From positions 21,142,001 to 21,206,000 of the forward strand of contig CM059441.1 of assembly GCA_030390025.1 (NCBI GenBank): a stretch of DNA of 64,000 nt, written 5' to 3'. How positions within the stretch are numbered: the stretch's first letter is position 1; each line of letters opens with the position of its first letter. The stretch comes from Squalus acanthias (taxonomy: Eukaryota). The translations under genes were made by a program, and so were the position numbers. Positions 25,801 to 40,800 of this stretch are shown one piece after another. The notes below the pieces were generated by a model. It did not search any database, was not told where the DNA came from, and saw only the letters and a list, made by a program, of their open reading frames with translations.

Positions 25801-28800
25801 CAGAAAAATACGTAACAGGAGTTGTGGGAAGAGCGATCACAATAGAATGTCACTATGACAAACGGTACCAGTCACATGTGAAATATTGGTGTCATGGCTG
25901 GACTCACCAATGTTCAGTTGTAGTAAAAACAAATGAGCAACCTGGATGGAATGGAAGAGTGTCAATCACAGATAACAAGACAGCAGGAATATTTGTTGTT
26001 ACTATGAAGGATCTTCGTCCAGGAGATGCAGGATGGTACAGCTGTGGGATTGAACAATCTGCGCCCTCGATTCATTGTTTCTGTAAAGCTACAAATATCT
26101 TACGGTACATTTCTCAGCGATTTACTTTATTACTCTCTACTGAAATGTCTGATCAATGTTTTATCTGGGAGGAAACATGACAGCTCCGATATCCCGAGGC
26201 TCCGCAGCAGTGCAGAGTCTCACAGGTAGCGGGCAGAGGTCGGGAAATCCGACTCATGTTGCACATTCCCAATTCGTGGCCTGTCCAACTAGCTGACCAA
26301 GAATTTCAAGTATTATGGGACGAATAATTCCTTTAACTACCGGCTATTGCGCCAGACATCATGTGGGATGCTCACCACATTTTCCTGTCTCTGAACTGTA
26401 TTAAATGTCAGATGTTTGATTTCAGACTAAAACTAATAGTCAGACAATAACAAAAGCAGTGAGCAGCAAGTCGTTACTAATGGTATAAATTCTTAGAAAA
26501 TAATAAAAATAGAATCAATCCACAGAGCTTAACAGGTTTCATAGGTTTCCTGATATGATGTGTGACTCACATCATCAATGAGATATTTTGGTCAACTTTA
26601 CAAGCGAACTAAACTAAAATTGAAAAGCTAGGTCACTGTTTTGATGGTAAAAGAAGCCTCTTTATTAATTGTTGAGACATTATCTTCCTCCCAATCATAC
26701 CTCCTGATGGATCAACTATTAAATGCAATGGCCCGGATATTAACTTCGAGGCGTGTTCGGTGCAGGGGATCCGATATCGCATGGGAAACCTGGAAGTGAT
26801 TTCAGTGCGTCTGTCTGTGGCATTTTTACGCAGCCAGCTCATTATAATTTTACTCCTGGGTTTGGCGTTGTATGTGCGGTAGCGGGTGTGGTGTGGACCC
26901 GCATGATGTGATCTCAACTCGAGTATTTAACTGGTCAATTCAAAGATGGAATTTGGAAGCTTTGGAACAGGGACAACAATCATAGAAGATAGACTCAGGA
27001 CTCGCAAAGCTGCACCCCGCTTTAACATCGCCTCCCTTGATGCATTGCTGGGGGCAGTGAGGAGCCGGACAGGGACCATAGAATCATAGAATAGTTACAG
27101 CACAGAAGGAGGCCATTCAGCCCATCGAGCCCATGCTGGCAAAGCTAACGCCTCAACAGGGACTTGGGGGGAAAAATTCAGTATCGCCCCGTTTGGGGCG
27201 CAATTATCGGCCGGGCGCAAAGATTAGCGCCTGGCGCTAATTATCGCCTCCGACTGCAAACTTGACTTTTATCGCCCCTGGAGGTGATTGGAGCGCTAGA
27301 TCAGGCGCTACACATCTGTCTTAAGGTGCAAAGGCCGAGGAGCGAGGCGCTAACTCAGAGCGCTGGCGAAGCTCATGTGATGTCAGTCAGCAATTCAACA
27401 CAGACACAATGGTGCCGGCCAGTTCTTAAAGGGGTGGGTTGATCTTGCTTTCCATCCACATCCTGCGCAACCTGTACATCAAATCTGCTGTAAAGAACAA
27501 TGGAGAGCCGCAGGGAAGGAGCTCAGAGTGCAACCCCCACAGTCTCTTCTAAATCGATAAAAGAAAGGGCAAATCAAAATGAACCTGCAAATTGCTGCTC
27601 AGTACCCAAAACTCCTTCACTCAGCGTTGAATCTCTCCAGAATGCTCTCTCTCTCAGAATGCGTGGTTCAAAAATGACACCAACAAAAAAAGGCAGGAAG
27701 TGGTCGTCTTTAAATAGCGCTCCCCCAGTCCCGTCCTGACTGCAAAACGCTCCCCTCAACCTGTCGTTGCTCGTGGCAGGTGGTAAGGCAGGGGGCGCCA
27801 CTCAATATCCGCTCCGGGGCGCTACTGGGGCATTGCGCACTCGACTAACGTCACGATCTGCCGGCGGAGGAGATCGTGGCGGTAGTGTTTAGCGCTGCCG
27901 CAAAATGTCTAGTTAATTTCGCGAGCAGCACAAACATCGCCGTGCCCGGGAGCTAGTTGCTTTGCGCCCCATTAGCACTCTCTTAAGGCGCTAATGGGAG
28001 GCGCAGCCAACTGAATTTTTCCCCCTTCAACTCTGGACCCTCAAGTTAAATGTTTGATGCTCTACCAACTGAGCTATCCGGGCCCTTCCCCAGCCACGGC
28101 AGGAAGAAAGCTACAAAGAACCCGTGCCTGGATGTGGCCGAGGAGGTCAGCAGCAGGAGCATTATACCACACTGCTGGAGTCAGCGCAGAAAGCTCTTTA
28201 ATGATCTAACCAGGTTAGGAAAGGTGAGTACAGTTGCTCATTCACCTACTACACATTGAGAACATCACCCACCACCTCACCTTGTTTTGTCAAGCCTACT
28301 CCATCACATCACTCGTCTCACCCACTTACTCTGCACGCACACACATCCTTCTCTTTCTATGTACTTCCTCACATCCCCATCTCTCCATCCACCACTGCCA
28401 CTCACTTTGATCCTTATGTCATTTCATGCCGCTCGCTGATAGTCACCCTCACCATATGCACTGCATCCATTGGGTGAACACATGCCATTACAGTCACTCA
28501 TAGGTCTGTTCTTTCTCCCGTTGCAGGAGAAGAGAGCGCAGAAAACTAGGGAGAGAGAGAGAGAACCTGAGGTGGTCCTTGACAGATCTCACAGCTGACA
28601 ACTGCAGAGGAGGAAGCGCTGGAGATCAGTGGCAACTCGCCGTCCCTGGCCATTGGAGATGGGGACCTCCCAGCAACCTGGTGACAGAATTAAATATCAT
28701 GGGCCCACATGTCATAAAACACTCAGTCATGTTGACCTGATTTCAGCAATGAGTTTAATATAATCATCTTCATAATGATAAGTTGCTACATCCTTACCTT

Positions 28801-31800
28801 GCCAGTACTAATTCATATCTTTCTCTCTCCGCCAGGGCCTTCACATGTGCAGCAGCCGTCAGTGGACCTCGTGGACGATGAATCCTCAGAGGAGCTGATT
28901 CCTTCTGAGGGTGCACCATCACAGGACTCATGCTTACCACGCACCAATGCAGATACTCACACTTCAGTGAGTCCAGTTAGACAGATAGTTGGGTTTTCAC
29001 CTCATAAATCACACTTCACAAGGGAGCAAGAGCCAACAGTGGTGGCAGGGACAACTGCGGAGAGTCCACGTCGGAGGGCAGAGCACTCTCCAAACTCTGC
29101 TCAACTGGACACAGGTGCTGTACCCCGGGGGCCGTCGATTAAAAGGCTAATCATTGTGGGGCAGCAGAAAATCTGCTACATACTGACAGGCCTTCCACGC
29201 ACACTGTCCACAATTGCAGAGAGACTGGAGGAGTCCACCTCAAGCATGAGTGTGTTGATGGCGCAGGGCATTGCGAGGATGTCTTGTTCCATGGATAGAT
29301 TGGCCAACTCCGTCGAGCATCAGTCGCGACAATCAAATGAGTCCATGCAGGCATTGACCACGGCCGTGCAGACTCTGGATGCCAACATGTCTGGCGCATT
29401 AAATAGGATGGCAGACACCTTAGCCTTGGCCTTACAGTGCGTCACTGATCTGCACCAAGCTGCTCTCCAGCAGAGTGGTAGGAGTGAAGTGAGGCTGGGC
29501 CATGAGAGGAATGCTGCCTCCTCTCCCGATGGCTGTGTCTGCCCCTGCACAGGTGCAGATGGAGCAGTCTGTGGTGGGGGCCACGTTGGGCTCCAAACCC
29601 AGAGGTCATCGACCAAGAGCATCTCAGCAGTCAGAGCAGGGATCTGAGCAGCCTGCCTCGACCTCTGCTGAAGCCATGAGGGTTGCACCACGTAGGAGCG
29701 GTAGGAAAAGGAAGAGTAAAGTTTTGTAGTTGCACAAGGGTCTGCACATGTGAGTTTGAGAAATTGTTATGTTGTTAAGTTTCTTTTCTTTAGCAGAATC
29801 ACATGAAATATATTACTTTGCACCACATTCCCGTGTTGCCCATTTTTGGTTGCTGGTGGCAACTCACCTTTTCAGTTGCTCATTAATGAATGGGAAGACA
29901 TGAATTGAGGGGGAGCATTGGGGGGATGTGCAATGTGTGGTTGGTTGGTAGCAGGTCTGCTTTGTGTCAGCGGGATTGGAGGAGGGCGGGGGCAGTTGAC
30001 AGTGGCCGTTGGATGTGGTTGTTACATCGGTCCAGCGGTGGTAACTAACTGAACCTTACAGCTATAAGGGAAACGCTGGCATCGCGGGCAGCAATGTGAG
30101 TGACTGGTGCTGCGTTGGTGTCGCAATTTCCTTCCTCCTGCTCCTGCTTCTTTTCCTCTTTGTCCTCCATCTCGGATTCGTCCGTAGACAATGTGTGCTC
30201 AGCGCCTTGTTCCTCCTGCAGCTCCAATCTCACTGGCTGCGCAATGTTGTGCAGAGCGCAGCAAACCACGATCATTCTGGAGACTCTGACTGGTGAGTAC
30301 TGAAGGGTGCCTCCAGATCTGTCCAGGCAACTGAAGTGCATCTTGAGGGTGATGTCAGGGGACACTTCTTCACACAAAGGGTCATCGAAATTTGGAACTA
30401 TCTAGCCCAGAAATCTGTTGAGGCTGGGGGACAATTTCAAAACTGAGATTGACAGATTTTTGTTCGGCAAGGGTATTAAGGGTTACGGAACCAAGGTGGG
30501 TAGCTGGAGTTAAGATACAGATCAGCTGAGATCTAATTGAATGGTAGAACAGGCTCAAGGGGCTGAATGGCCTCCTCCCTTTTCTATGTTCAGGACCGCC
30601 TGTTAAATTTTCAATAGATCTGGGAGTGTGAGTAGAAAAGTTATTTAAAGCCACAAAACATGTAACAGATATCTGCCAATTTCTTTCCCTCATATTCAGC
30701 TGTGGTTTTCTGAGACTCTCTCCAACTAATTAATGTTCGAGAGTCAAACAATTAAACAGCATTGGAGGCTGGCTACCTGCTACTGAGAGAAATTGTTAGC
30801 CCTGATTTTCACGTTGACACATCCTCAGTATCATTGCTGCTGTCCTGATCGGGAGCCCTGCTATGTTCTGATATAATGGCAGACATGGTAGTTCAGGCTG
30901 CTCGGAGGGTGGAGAGACATGGAGAGGTAGATGTGCCGGTGAGATTCCAACATGGCAGGCCCTGGCTGAGATACAGAAGTGCTGGAAATTGGAGAGTATT
31001 TGATTTTTAGATGTTCAGTCAGTATCTGAATGTTTGTTTCTTTCCCACAGAATCCGTGTCAGTTCCTGTACTTAGATATTTATCGCCACCAAATGTCTCA
31101 TGTTTTGGGGGCTCAGTGTCAGTCTCCTGTGAGTCTGTCCAGGGATCCCTTCCCATTCAGTACACATGGTACGAAAAGACCCCGTCTGAAGATTCAAAGA
31201 TCTCTGACACCAATAAACTGGATCTACATTGTCAATCCTTCAAACAGCAACATCATCAATATTACTGCACAGCCTCAAATAATCAGGGACAAAAATCCAG
31301 TGAAATAGTTGACGTGTCAGTCTTCAACAGAGCAGGGAAGACCTGCAGTTATGAGACAAAAATCAGCGGCATTGGTAAGTGTTACTGTAAATTACAGTAT
31401 GGTCAATTAATTTTTTTAATTAATGTCTATTCAAACAGTTTGCGAGCCAGTCCCTGATCTGCGATACCCACTGTCGGTGTGTGCCGTTTGCCGTCGCTAC
31501 CGCAAGCTCAGAAATCCCAGCCCAAGAGCCAGGAAATGACCATTGCCAATATTAGCAGGCGATTGTTTAATGTATTCGTGTGACATTCGTCCGTCGATTA
31601 TTTTAACAGAAACAGGGGGAGAAATTCGTTATAGCCCCGTTTGGGGCGCTAACTTTTAAAAGTTGAGAAAATTAGCGCCAGGTGCTAATCTTTCTCAACT
31701 TTTAAAAAATTTGGTTTTGTGCTCCAGGAAGGAAGTGGAACGTTAAATCAAGCACACCACTTCATTCCTGGAGCGCAACAGGCAGCAGGCGGGGCGGTAG

Positions 31801-34800
31801 GTGAGCAGCGCTGCTGCATTGGAAGGCTCCTTCCCTCCCTTAAAGGGAAGGGCCATCGCCGCAGGCTTTGCAAGGAAAAAACCTACCTGGTGCCTGACGG
31901 CTGCCGCGATCCGTCCCGATCAGCCCGATGCACTGCAGCAGAGTGCCGTGCTGATCGATGGGTGGCGACAAAAAAAACCGCAAAGAGCGTTTCAGTTTTT
32001 TTTTTAACCTACCTCGGCCACCTCACCTTTAAGTATCGGCCCCGAAGCTCCCGGCATCCCGATCGACGCCTCCTGCAGCTGTCGGTGTCATCGCCCGGCG
32101 ATGCTGCAGGGGGCGGAATTGAATTTCGGGTCCGGGGCACGACTGGGGCGATGCGCAGCCGGATGACGTCACGAACTCCGGGCGCAGGAGATCGTGGCGC
32201 TAGGGTTTAACACCGCCGCAAACCGGCAGGTGAATTTCGCGGGTGACCATAACATCACCGCACCCGAGCGGAGAGTCCTTAGCGCCTCGTTATTGCCCCC
32301 TGGAGGCGCTAACGGGAGGTGCTAACGCACCGAATTTCTTGCCCACCTTCTTTTAACAGAGAAATGCCATTCGAATTTTAACTGCTTGTCCACTGATATC
32401 GACTGTAGTAATTCCTGGTCTAATATTTCCCTCTGCACTCAATGCACAGCTGCCGTTCCTTTTCCACTGAGGACATCTCTCCAGGAGAGAATTGTGGTTG
32501 CTCGGCCCCCAGAAATGCATTTTCCGGTGGCGGCAGAGGCCAGCTCTGTGCCACCAACTCTCAGATATGGGAAAGAAACAGAAATTATCAGTAAAAATGG
32601 GTAATTGCCAGGTGTCAGCAGCATCTCTCCTTGCTACCAGAGAGGAGGAAAATGCACAGAAATTAAATCATCCAAATCCATTATATCAACCAGGCTTTTA
32701 CTCAAGTAATGAGGCTCCATTTGACGATAGTGCTCTCTTGGTTGACTACAAGTGAGAATGATGTGAATCTGAATTTTATTCCCTTGTTTCAATAGGACCT
32801 GAATATTCTTGTCCAGTTTCTTCAACAGTATCACCAACAACTACACATTTCACAAGTACAAATATAATTTCCACTGATAATCGAAACCAATCTTCAGGAT
32901 CCAAATCGATGAGCAGGTACAATGTTCTCATTGCTGGTGTTTTGATTGTCACTGCTTCCATGTGAAAGATTAAATGCTCTTTAATAATTTTATCATAAGG
33001 GTTGAAAATCATTTATTATTTCAGAATTTAGCTCATCAGAATGGAAATGCTGGCTGGGTTTACATCATGCTGTGTGTTAGCTTCCGAACGAAGGTGTTAT
33101 CTTTGTTGGTCGGAAATAGAAACATGGAACATAGAAAAATAGGAGTAGGAGTAGGCCATTCGGCCCTTCGAGCCTGCTGCACCATTCAATCTGATCGTGG
33201 CTTATCATCTATCTCAATACCATATTCCTGCTCTCTCCCCATACCCCTTGATGCCTTTTGTGTCTAGAAATCTATCTATCTCCTTCTTAAATATATTCAG
33301 TGACTTGGCCTCCACAACTGTCTGTGGTAGAGAATTCCACAGGTTCACCACCCTCTGAGTGAAGAAACTTCTCCTCATCTCAGTCCTAAATGTCCTACCC
33401 CGTATCCTGAGACTGTGACCCCTCGTTCTTGACCCACCAGCCACGGAAAACATCCTCCCTGCATCCAGTCTGTCTAGCCCTGTCAGAATTTTATATGTTT
33501 CAATGAGATCTCCTCGCATTCTTCTAAACTCTAGTGAATACAAGCCTAGTCGACCCAATCTTTCCGCATACAACAGTCCTGCCATCCCAGGAATCAGTCT
33601 GGTGAACCTTCGCTGCACTCCCTCTATGGCAAGTATATCCTTTCTTAGGTAAGGAGACCAAAACTGCACACAGTACTCCAGGTGTAGTCTCACCAAGGCC
33701 CTGTATAACTGTAGTAAGACATCCTTGCTCCTGTACTCAAATCCTCTTGCAATAAAGGCCAACATACCAGTTGCCTTCCTAACTGCTTGCTGCACCTGCA
33801 TGTTTGCTTTCAGTGACCGGTGTACAAGGACACCCAGGTCCCTCTGTACATCAACATTTCCCAATCTATCTCCATTTAAACAATACTCTGCCTTTCTGTT
33901 TTTCCTACCAAAGTGGATAACTTCACATTTATCCACGTTGTACTGTATCTGCCATGTATTTGCCCACTCACTCAACTTGTCAATCACCTTGAAGCCTCTT
34001 TGCATCTTCCTCACAACTCACAGTCCCACCAAGTTTCGTGTCATCAGCAAACTTGGAAATATTACATTTGGTTCCCTCATCCAAATCATTGATATATAGT
34101 GTGAATAGCTGGGGCCCAAGCACTGATCCCTGCGGTACCCCACTAGTCACCGCCTGCCGCCCAAATAGATCCATTTATTCCTACTCTCTGTTTCCTGTCT
34201 GTTAACCAATTTTCAATCCATGCCAGTATATTACCCACAATCCCATGTGCTTTAATTTTGCACATTAACCTCTTATGTGGGACTTTATCAAAGGCCTTCT
34301 GAAAATCCAAATACACCACATCCACTGGTTCTCCGTTATCTATTCTATCAGTTACATCCTCAAAAAACTTCAGTAGTTTTGTCGAACACGATTTCCCTTT
34401 CATAAATCCATGTTGACTTTGTCTCACCCCGTTGATATTTTCTAAAAGTCTCCTGTTATCACATCCTTTATAATAGACTCTAGCATTTTCCCTACTACTG
34501 ATGTTAGGCTTACCGGTCTGTAGTTCCCTGTTTTCTGTCTCCCTCCTTTTTTAAATAGTGGGGTTAAACTTGCCACCCTCCAATCTGCAGGAACTGTTCC
34601 ATAATCTATAGAATTTTGGAAGATGACAACCAATGCATCCACTATTTCCATGGCTACCTATTTTAGTACTCTGGGATGCAGATTATCAGGCCCTGGGGAT
34701 TTATTGGCTTTCAGTCCCATTAATTTCTCCAGCACTATTTTTTTACTAATACTAATTTCCTTTAATTCCTCCTTCTCACTAGACCCTTGATTCCCTAGCA

Positions 34801-37800
34801 TTTCTGGGAAATTATTTGTGTCCTCTTCCGTGAAGACAGAATCAAAGTATTTGTTTAATTGCTTTATCATTTCCTTGTTGCCCATTATAAATTCTCCCAT
34901 TTCTGACTGTAAGGGACCTACATTTGGCTTCGCTAATCTTTTTCTTTTTACATACTTGTAGAAGCTTTTATAGTCCACTTTTATGTTCCTTGCAAGTTTA
35001 CTCTCATACTCTATTTTTCCCCTCTTAATCAAACTCTTGGTCCTTTTTTGCTGAACTCTAAACTGTTCCCAATCCTCAGGCTTGCTACTTTTTCTGGCAA
35101 CTTTATATGACTCCTCTTTGGATCTAATAATATCTTTAATTTCTTTTGTTAGCCATGGTTGGGCCACTTTTCATTTTGTGTTTTTGTGCCAGAAAGAAAT
35201 GTATAACTGTTGCAATTCATGCATTCGTTCCTTAAATGTTAGCCATTGCCTATCCACAGTCATGCCTTTTAATGAAGCTCCCCAATCTATCATAGCCAAC
35301 TCACTCCTCATACCTTCGTAGTTTCCTTTGTTTAGATTTTGGACCCTATTTCGGATTGGACTTCTTCACTTTCCATCTTAATGAAGAATTCTATCATGTT
35401 ATGGTCACTCTTCCCTAAAGGACCCCACACAACAAGATTATTAATTAACCCCTTCTCATTGCACAATACCCAATCTAGGATAGCCTGTTCCCTAGTTGGC
35501 TCCTCATCGTATTGGTCTAAAAAACCATCTCGTACACACTACAGGAATTCATCCTCCACAGTATTATTGCTAATTTGGTTTGGCCAGTCTATATGTAGAT
35601 TAAATTCATCCATAATTTCTGTGGTACCTTTGTTACATGCATCTCTAATTTCCTGTTTGATGCCATCCCCTACATTACCACTACTGTTTGGAGGCCTATA
35701 GACAACTCCCTCCAATGTTTTCTGTCCCTTGGTGCTTCTTAGCTCCAACCAGACTGATTCTACATCTTTATTTTCTGAGCCAATATCCTTTCTCCCTATT
35801 ACTCTGATTTCATCCTTTGCTAACAATGTCACCCCACCTCCTTTTCCTTTTTGCCTGTCCTTCCTAAATATCGAAGATCCTTGGATATTCAGCTGCCAGC
35901 CTTGGTCACCCTGCAGCCATGTCTCCGTAATTGCAATTACATCGTATCTGTTTACATCTATTTGCGCTGTTAATTCGTCTACCTTTTTACGAATGCTTTG
36001 TGCATTCAGATACAGTGCCTTTAGATTTGTCTTTTTAACATTTTTAAACATCTTAACATTTGTTTGTACTATGGCACTATTTGTCTTATTACCATTTTTT
36101 GTTACCCGGATCCTATTTGTTAGTGCACTCCTTTGTTTGTACGCTCTGTCCCTTCCTGACACAATCTGGTTATCCTTACCCCAATCAGTTTCCTGCACTG
36201 CTTCCTTGTCTTTTCTCTTTAGCATTCTAGATTTCTCTCCACCGGGACCCTCCTGCCCTCCCATTTAGTTTAAAGCCCTATCTACCTCCCTAGTTATTCG
36301 ATTCGCTAGAACTCTGGTCCCAGCATGGTTCAGGTGTAGTCCGTCCCAATGGAACAGCTCTCTCTTTCCCCAATACTGGTGCCAGTGCCCCACAAATCAA
36401 AACCCACTTCTCCCACACCAATCTTTGAGCCACGCATCCATCTCCCTGATCCTATTGACCCTATGCCAATTTGCTCATGGCTCCGGTAATAATCCAGAGA
36501 TTATGACCTTTGTAGTTCTGCTTTTTAATTTAGTCCCTAGCTGCTCAAACTCTCTCAGCAGAACCTCTTTCTTTGTCCTACCTATGTTGTTGGTACCTAC
36601 GTGGATCACGACAACTGGATCCTCCCCTTCGCACTCCAAGTTCTTCTCCAGCCCAGAGGAGATGGCCTTTCCCCTGGCAACATAGCCTTCGGGACTCACG
36701 CTCCTGGCTGCAGAGAACAGTGTCTATCCCCCTAACTGTCCTGTCGCCTACTACAAACACCTTCCTTTTTACTCCCCCCGCTTGAACGGCTTCCTGTACC
36801 ATGGTGCCGTGGTCAGTTTGCTCATCCTCCCCGCAGTCCCCGCACTTGTCCATGGCTTGAGATGAGTTGTGCTTGCCAAACTTACCTTGCCGACATCTGT
36901 TCTGGTGTGGCACTGATAGAAAAGTTTCTGCTGGTGAAAGGGAGCAACCACAGCAATATATCTGCACAGCCCTTGATATTACTAGTGAGCGACATCTTGC
37001 AGCTTTGGTCCAATTCTCAGTGTCGGTCACCACAACTGCAGGAAGTTTCTTTTCTTAAAATTTGTTCCTGGGAGGTGGGCAATGCTGACAAGGTCACATT
37101 TATTGCCCGTCGCTAGTTGCCCTGAGAAGGTGGTGCTGGGCCTTCTTCTTGATCTGCTGGCCAACGGTGTTAAGTAAGAAATTCCATCATTTTGAGTTAA
37201 CAACAATAAAGAAACAACAGTATAGTTCCAAGCCAGAAAAGTGTGTAACTTTGAGGAGGTGGTGTTCTCATGATGTTGGATGTCTTGCCCTTTTTGGCGG
37301 TACAGGCCATTGGGCTCAGAGGTGATTTTAAGTTAAGCTGGGAAAGTTTTTTTTTAATTGATTCTCAGGATGTGGGCGTTGCTGCATTGTGTCCTGTAGA
37401 TAGTAGGCACTGTAGCCACCGTGCGCCAGCGGTGGAGGGGGTGGATATTGAACTCAGTGGCAGGGGCACTGACCATATGGACTGCTTTGTCTTAAATAGT
37501 GGTGAACCTCTTGAGTATTGTTACAGCTGCACCCATCCAAGGTGAGTATTCCATCACACTCCTAACTTGAGCACTGCAGATGATGGAGAGACTTTGAGAG
37601 ATCAGGGGGTGAGCCACTCGTTGCAGAGTACCCAGCATCTGCCCTGCTTTTGTAGCCACAGTGTTGGCGAGGCTGGTTCAGTTCAGCTTCTGGGCAATAG
37701 TGACCCCTAGGATGTTGATGGCAGGAGTCTCGTTTTTAGTGGTGCTGCTTTAAGTCAGGGCTTGGAGAAGGTTTTCTCCAATTCATATTCTCTGGCTATA

Positions 37801-40800
37801 TGTTTCACCCAATGTGTTTGGATGTAAATACTCAATTAACATAACTCACTTCTCATTTCTGTATTATTAGCCCAAGCTGTAGGTAATAAGCTGCAGAAAT
37901 TGTAGCCCAATGTAAACACTAAGGAATTGGGTCTTTGAAATTGCAATGGTAATAAGGAGAAAACACCAACTAAACGTTAAACAAATTCAGAGACTGCTGG
38001 AAACACACAGCAGGTCCGTCCGCACCTGGGGAGAAAACAGACACATTTTTGGTTCGGGTGCAGCACTTCTTCAGGATTCTAGTTCACCCCAGAACCTAAA
38101 AATATCTGTTCACCCCGCAGATTCCGACTGACCTGCTGAGTGTTTCCAGCAACTTCTGTTTTTCTTTCAGATTTCTAGCACATGCAGTAAATTTATTTTT
38201 ACCAGATAAATGTTAATTATGTAACAAATGTTGAAAATCTAAGCATTTTATTTTAGGGCATATCCCTATGTCTGTTCTGTTATATAACATAGAAACATAG
38301 AAATAATGGCCCAGAAATTCCGTTCGCAGGCCTCCCGCGGGCGGAGGGCTGCGATCTGGAAAAATCTGCGCCTGGACCAGAGGGCTCCCGGGAGGCACAG
38401 AGTTCCATTGCTGGGCCTCTCCAAATTGCCGGTGCGCAGGATCCCTGGGATCACGTGGGCCATGGGGAGCCAATCAGAGAAGGGAATCTCCCTTCATACA
38501 TTTGACAGGAAGACCTGTCAAAGATCTGAATGGAGATTACCCCCAAAACATAGTAAAACTTTAAATATTTTTTTTAAAAAACATCACATTTTAAAAATAA
38601 CTTTAAATTACAATAAATTGAGTATTTTAAACAAAAATTATATTTTTTGAAAAAAATAATTAAAGTTTTTAACGGGGCTAAAAATAAACTTACCTTTCTT
38701 TAAAGTATTTTTAAATGATAAATCAGTGGAAATTTAAAAAAAAAACTTTTTTCAACTCTTATCCTGGTAAAAGCAGGCCGTACGCCTACTTTTACCAGGT
38801 GCAAGAATTGTAAGTGTTTTCTGCGGAGGGAGGGTCACCAAAAAACGGAACTCTCCACCCGCAGAGCCCCTGCTCCCGGGCAGGCAGAGGATCTGTCAAG
38901 AGGTTTCTTGACGGATCGGTAATGCCAGTTTCCAGCGCATGCGCAGTGCATGCCTAAAGCCGGCATTTCCGTTGGCCCTACGGGTGAGTACACAGCGCGT
39001 ACCCACCCATAGGGATCGGAATTTCTGCCTCATAGAAGATAGGAGCAGGAGTAGGCCAGTCGGCCCCTCGAGCCTGTTCCGCCATTTAATGAGATCATGG
39101 CTGATCATCCAAATTCAGTACCCTGTCCCTTTTTTCTCCCCATATCCCTTGATCCCCTTAGCCTTAAGAAATATATCTAGCTCCTTCTTGAATATAATTA
39201 ATGAATTGGCCTCAACTGCCTTCTGTGGTAGAGAATTCCACAGGTTCACCACTCTCTGGGTGAAGAAATTCCTCCTCATCTCAGTCCAAAATGGCTTACC
39301 CCTTATCCTTAGACTGTGACCTCTGGTTCTGGACTCCCCCCGCCATGGGGAACATCCTTCCTGCATCTAGTCTGTCTAGTCCTGGTAGAATTTTATAAGT
39401 TTCAATGAGATCCCCTCTCATTCTTCTAAACTCTAGCGAATATAAGCCAATCGACCCAATCTCTCTTCATACGTCATTCCTGCCATCCCAGGTATCAGTC
39501 TGGTGAATCTTGGCTGCACTCCCTCCATGGCAAGAACATCCTACCTCAGATAAGGCGACCAAAACTGCACACAATACTCAAGGTGTGGTCTCATCAAGGC
39601 CCTGTACAACTGGAGCAAGACATCCCTGCTCCTGTACTCGAATCCTCTCGCTATGAAGGCCAACATACGATTTGCCTTCTTAACCGTCTGCTGCACTTGC
39701 ATGCTTACCTTCAGCAACTGGTGCACAAGGACACCCAGGTCTCGTTGCACCGCCCCTTTTCCCAGTCTATTGCCGTTCAGATAATAATCTGTTTTCCTGT
39801 TTTTGCCTCCAAAGTGGTTAACCTCGCATTTATCCACATTATACTGCATCTGCCATGCATCTGCCCAATCACCCAACCTGTCCAAATCATATTGGAGTTT
39901 CTCTGCATCCTCCTCACAGCACACATGCCCACCCAGCTTTGTGTCGTCTGCAAACTTGGAGATATTACATCTGGTTCCCTCATCTAGATCATTAATATAT
40001 ATTGTGAATAGATGGGGTCCTAGCACCGATCCCTGCGGTACCCCACTAGTCACTGCCTGCCACTCGGAAAAAGACCCGTTTATTCCAACTCTTTGCTTCC
40101 TGTCTGCCAACCAGTTCTTTATCCAAGTCAGTACCTTACCCCCAATCCCATGTGCTTTAACTTTGCATGCTAATCTCTTATGCGGGACCTTATCGAAAGC
40201 CTTCTGAGAGTCCAAATACACCACATCCACTGATTCTCCCTTATCTATTCTACCAGTTACATCCTCAAAAAATTCCAGTAGATTCGTCAAGCATGATTTA
40301 CCTTTTGTAAATCCATGTTGACTTTGTCCGATCCTGTCACTGTTTTCCAAGTGCTCTGCTATTACATCTTTTATAATGGACTCTAGCATTTTCCCCACTA
40401 CCGTAATTCCCCGTTTTCTCTCTACCACCTTTTTTAAATAGTGGGGTTGCATTAGCTACCCTCCAATCCATGGGAACTGTTCCAGAGTCTATAGAATTTT
40501 GGAAGATGACCAGCAATGCATCTACTATTTCTAGGGCCGCTTCCTTAAGTACCCTAGGATGTAGATTATCAGGCCCTGGGGATTTATCGGCCTTCAATCC
40601 CATCAATTTCCCTAACACCATTTCCCTAAAGATACTGATTTAATTCAATTCCTCCCTCTCATTGGACCCTATGTTCCCCGACATCTCTGGGAGGTTATTT
40701 GTGTCCTCCTTTGTGAAGACAGAACCAAAGTATGTATTTAATTGGTCTGCCATTTCTTTGTTCCCCATTATAAATTCCCCTGATTCTGACTGCAAGGGAC

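Larger units (their letters stand above)
26730..30340 (+). mobile_element. Second Harbinger (family B): degenerate 3-exon Myb-like gene on + (about 26985-28223, 28527-28680, 28836-29729) and transposase C-terminal remnant on - (30045-30340)
   Basis: [19 protein letters not shown]...[15 protein letters not shown]|GTGAGT; [15 protein letters not shown]...CCALHNIA; left end AAT|GGCCCGGATATT. Right TIR not found. Confidence 0.8.

Noticed and set aside
27149-28083. Functional tRNA-Lys gene
   Set aside because: Split by an 859-bp MITE, mutated in the anticodon arm and fused to a CR1 tail.
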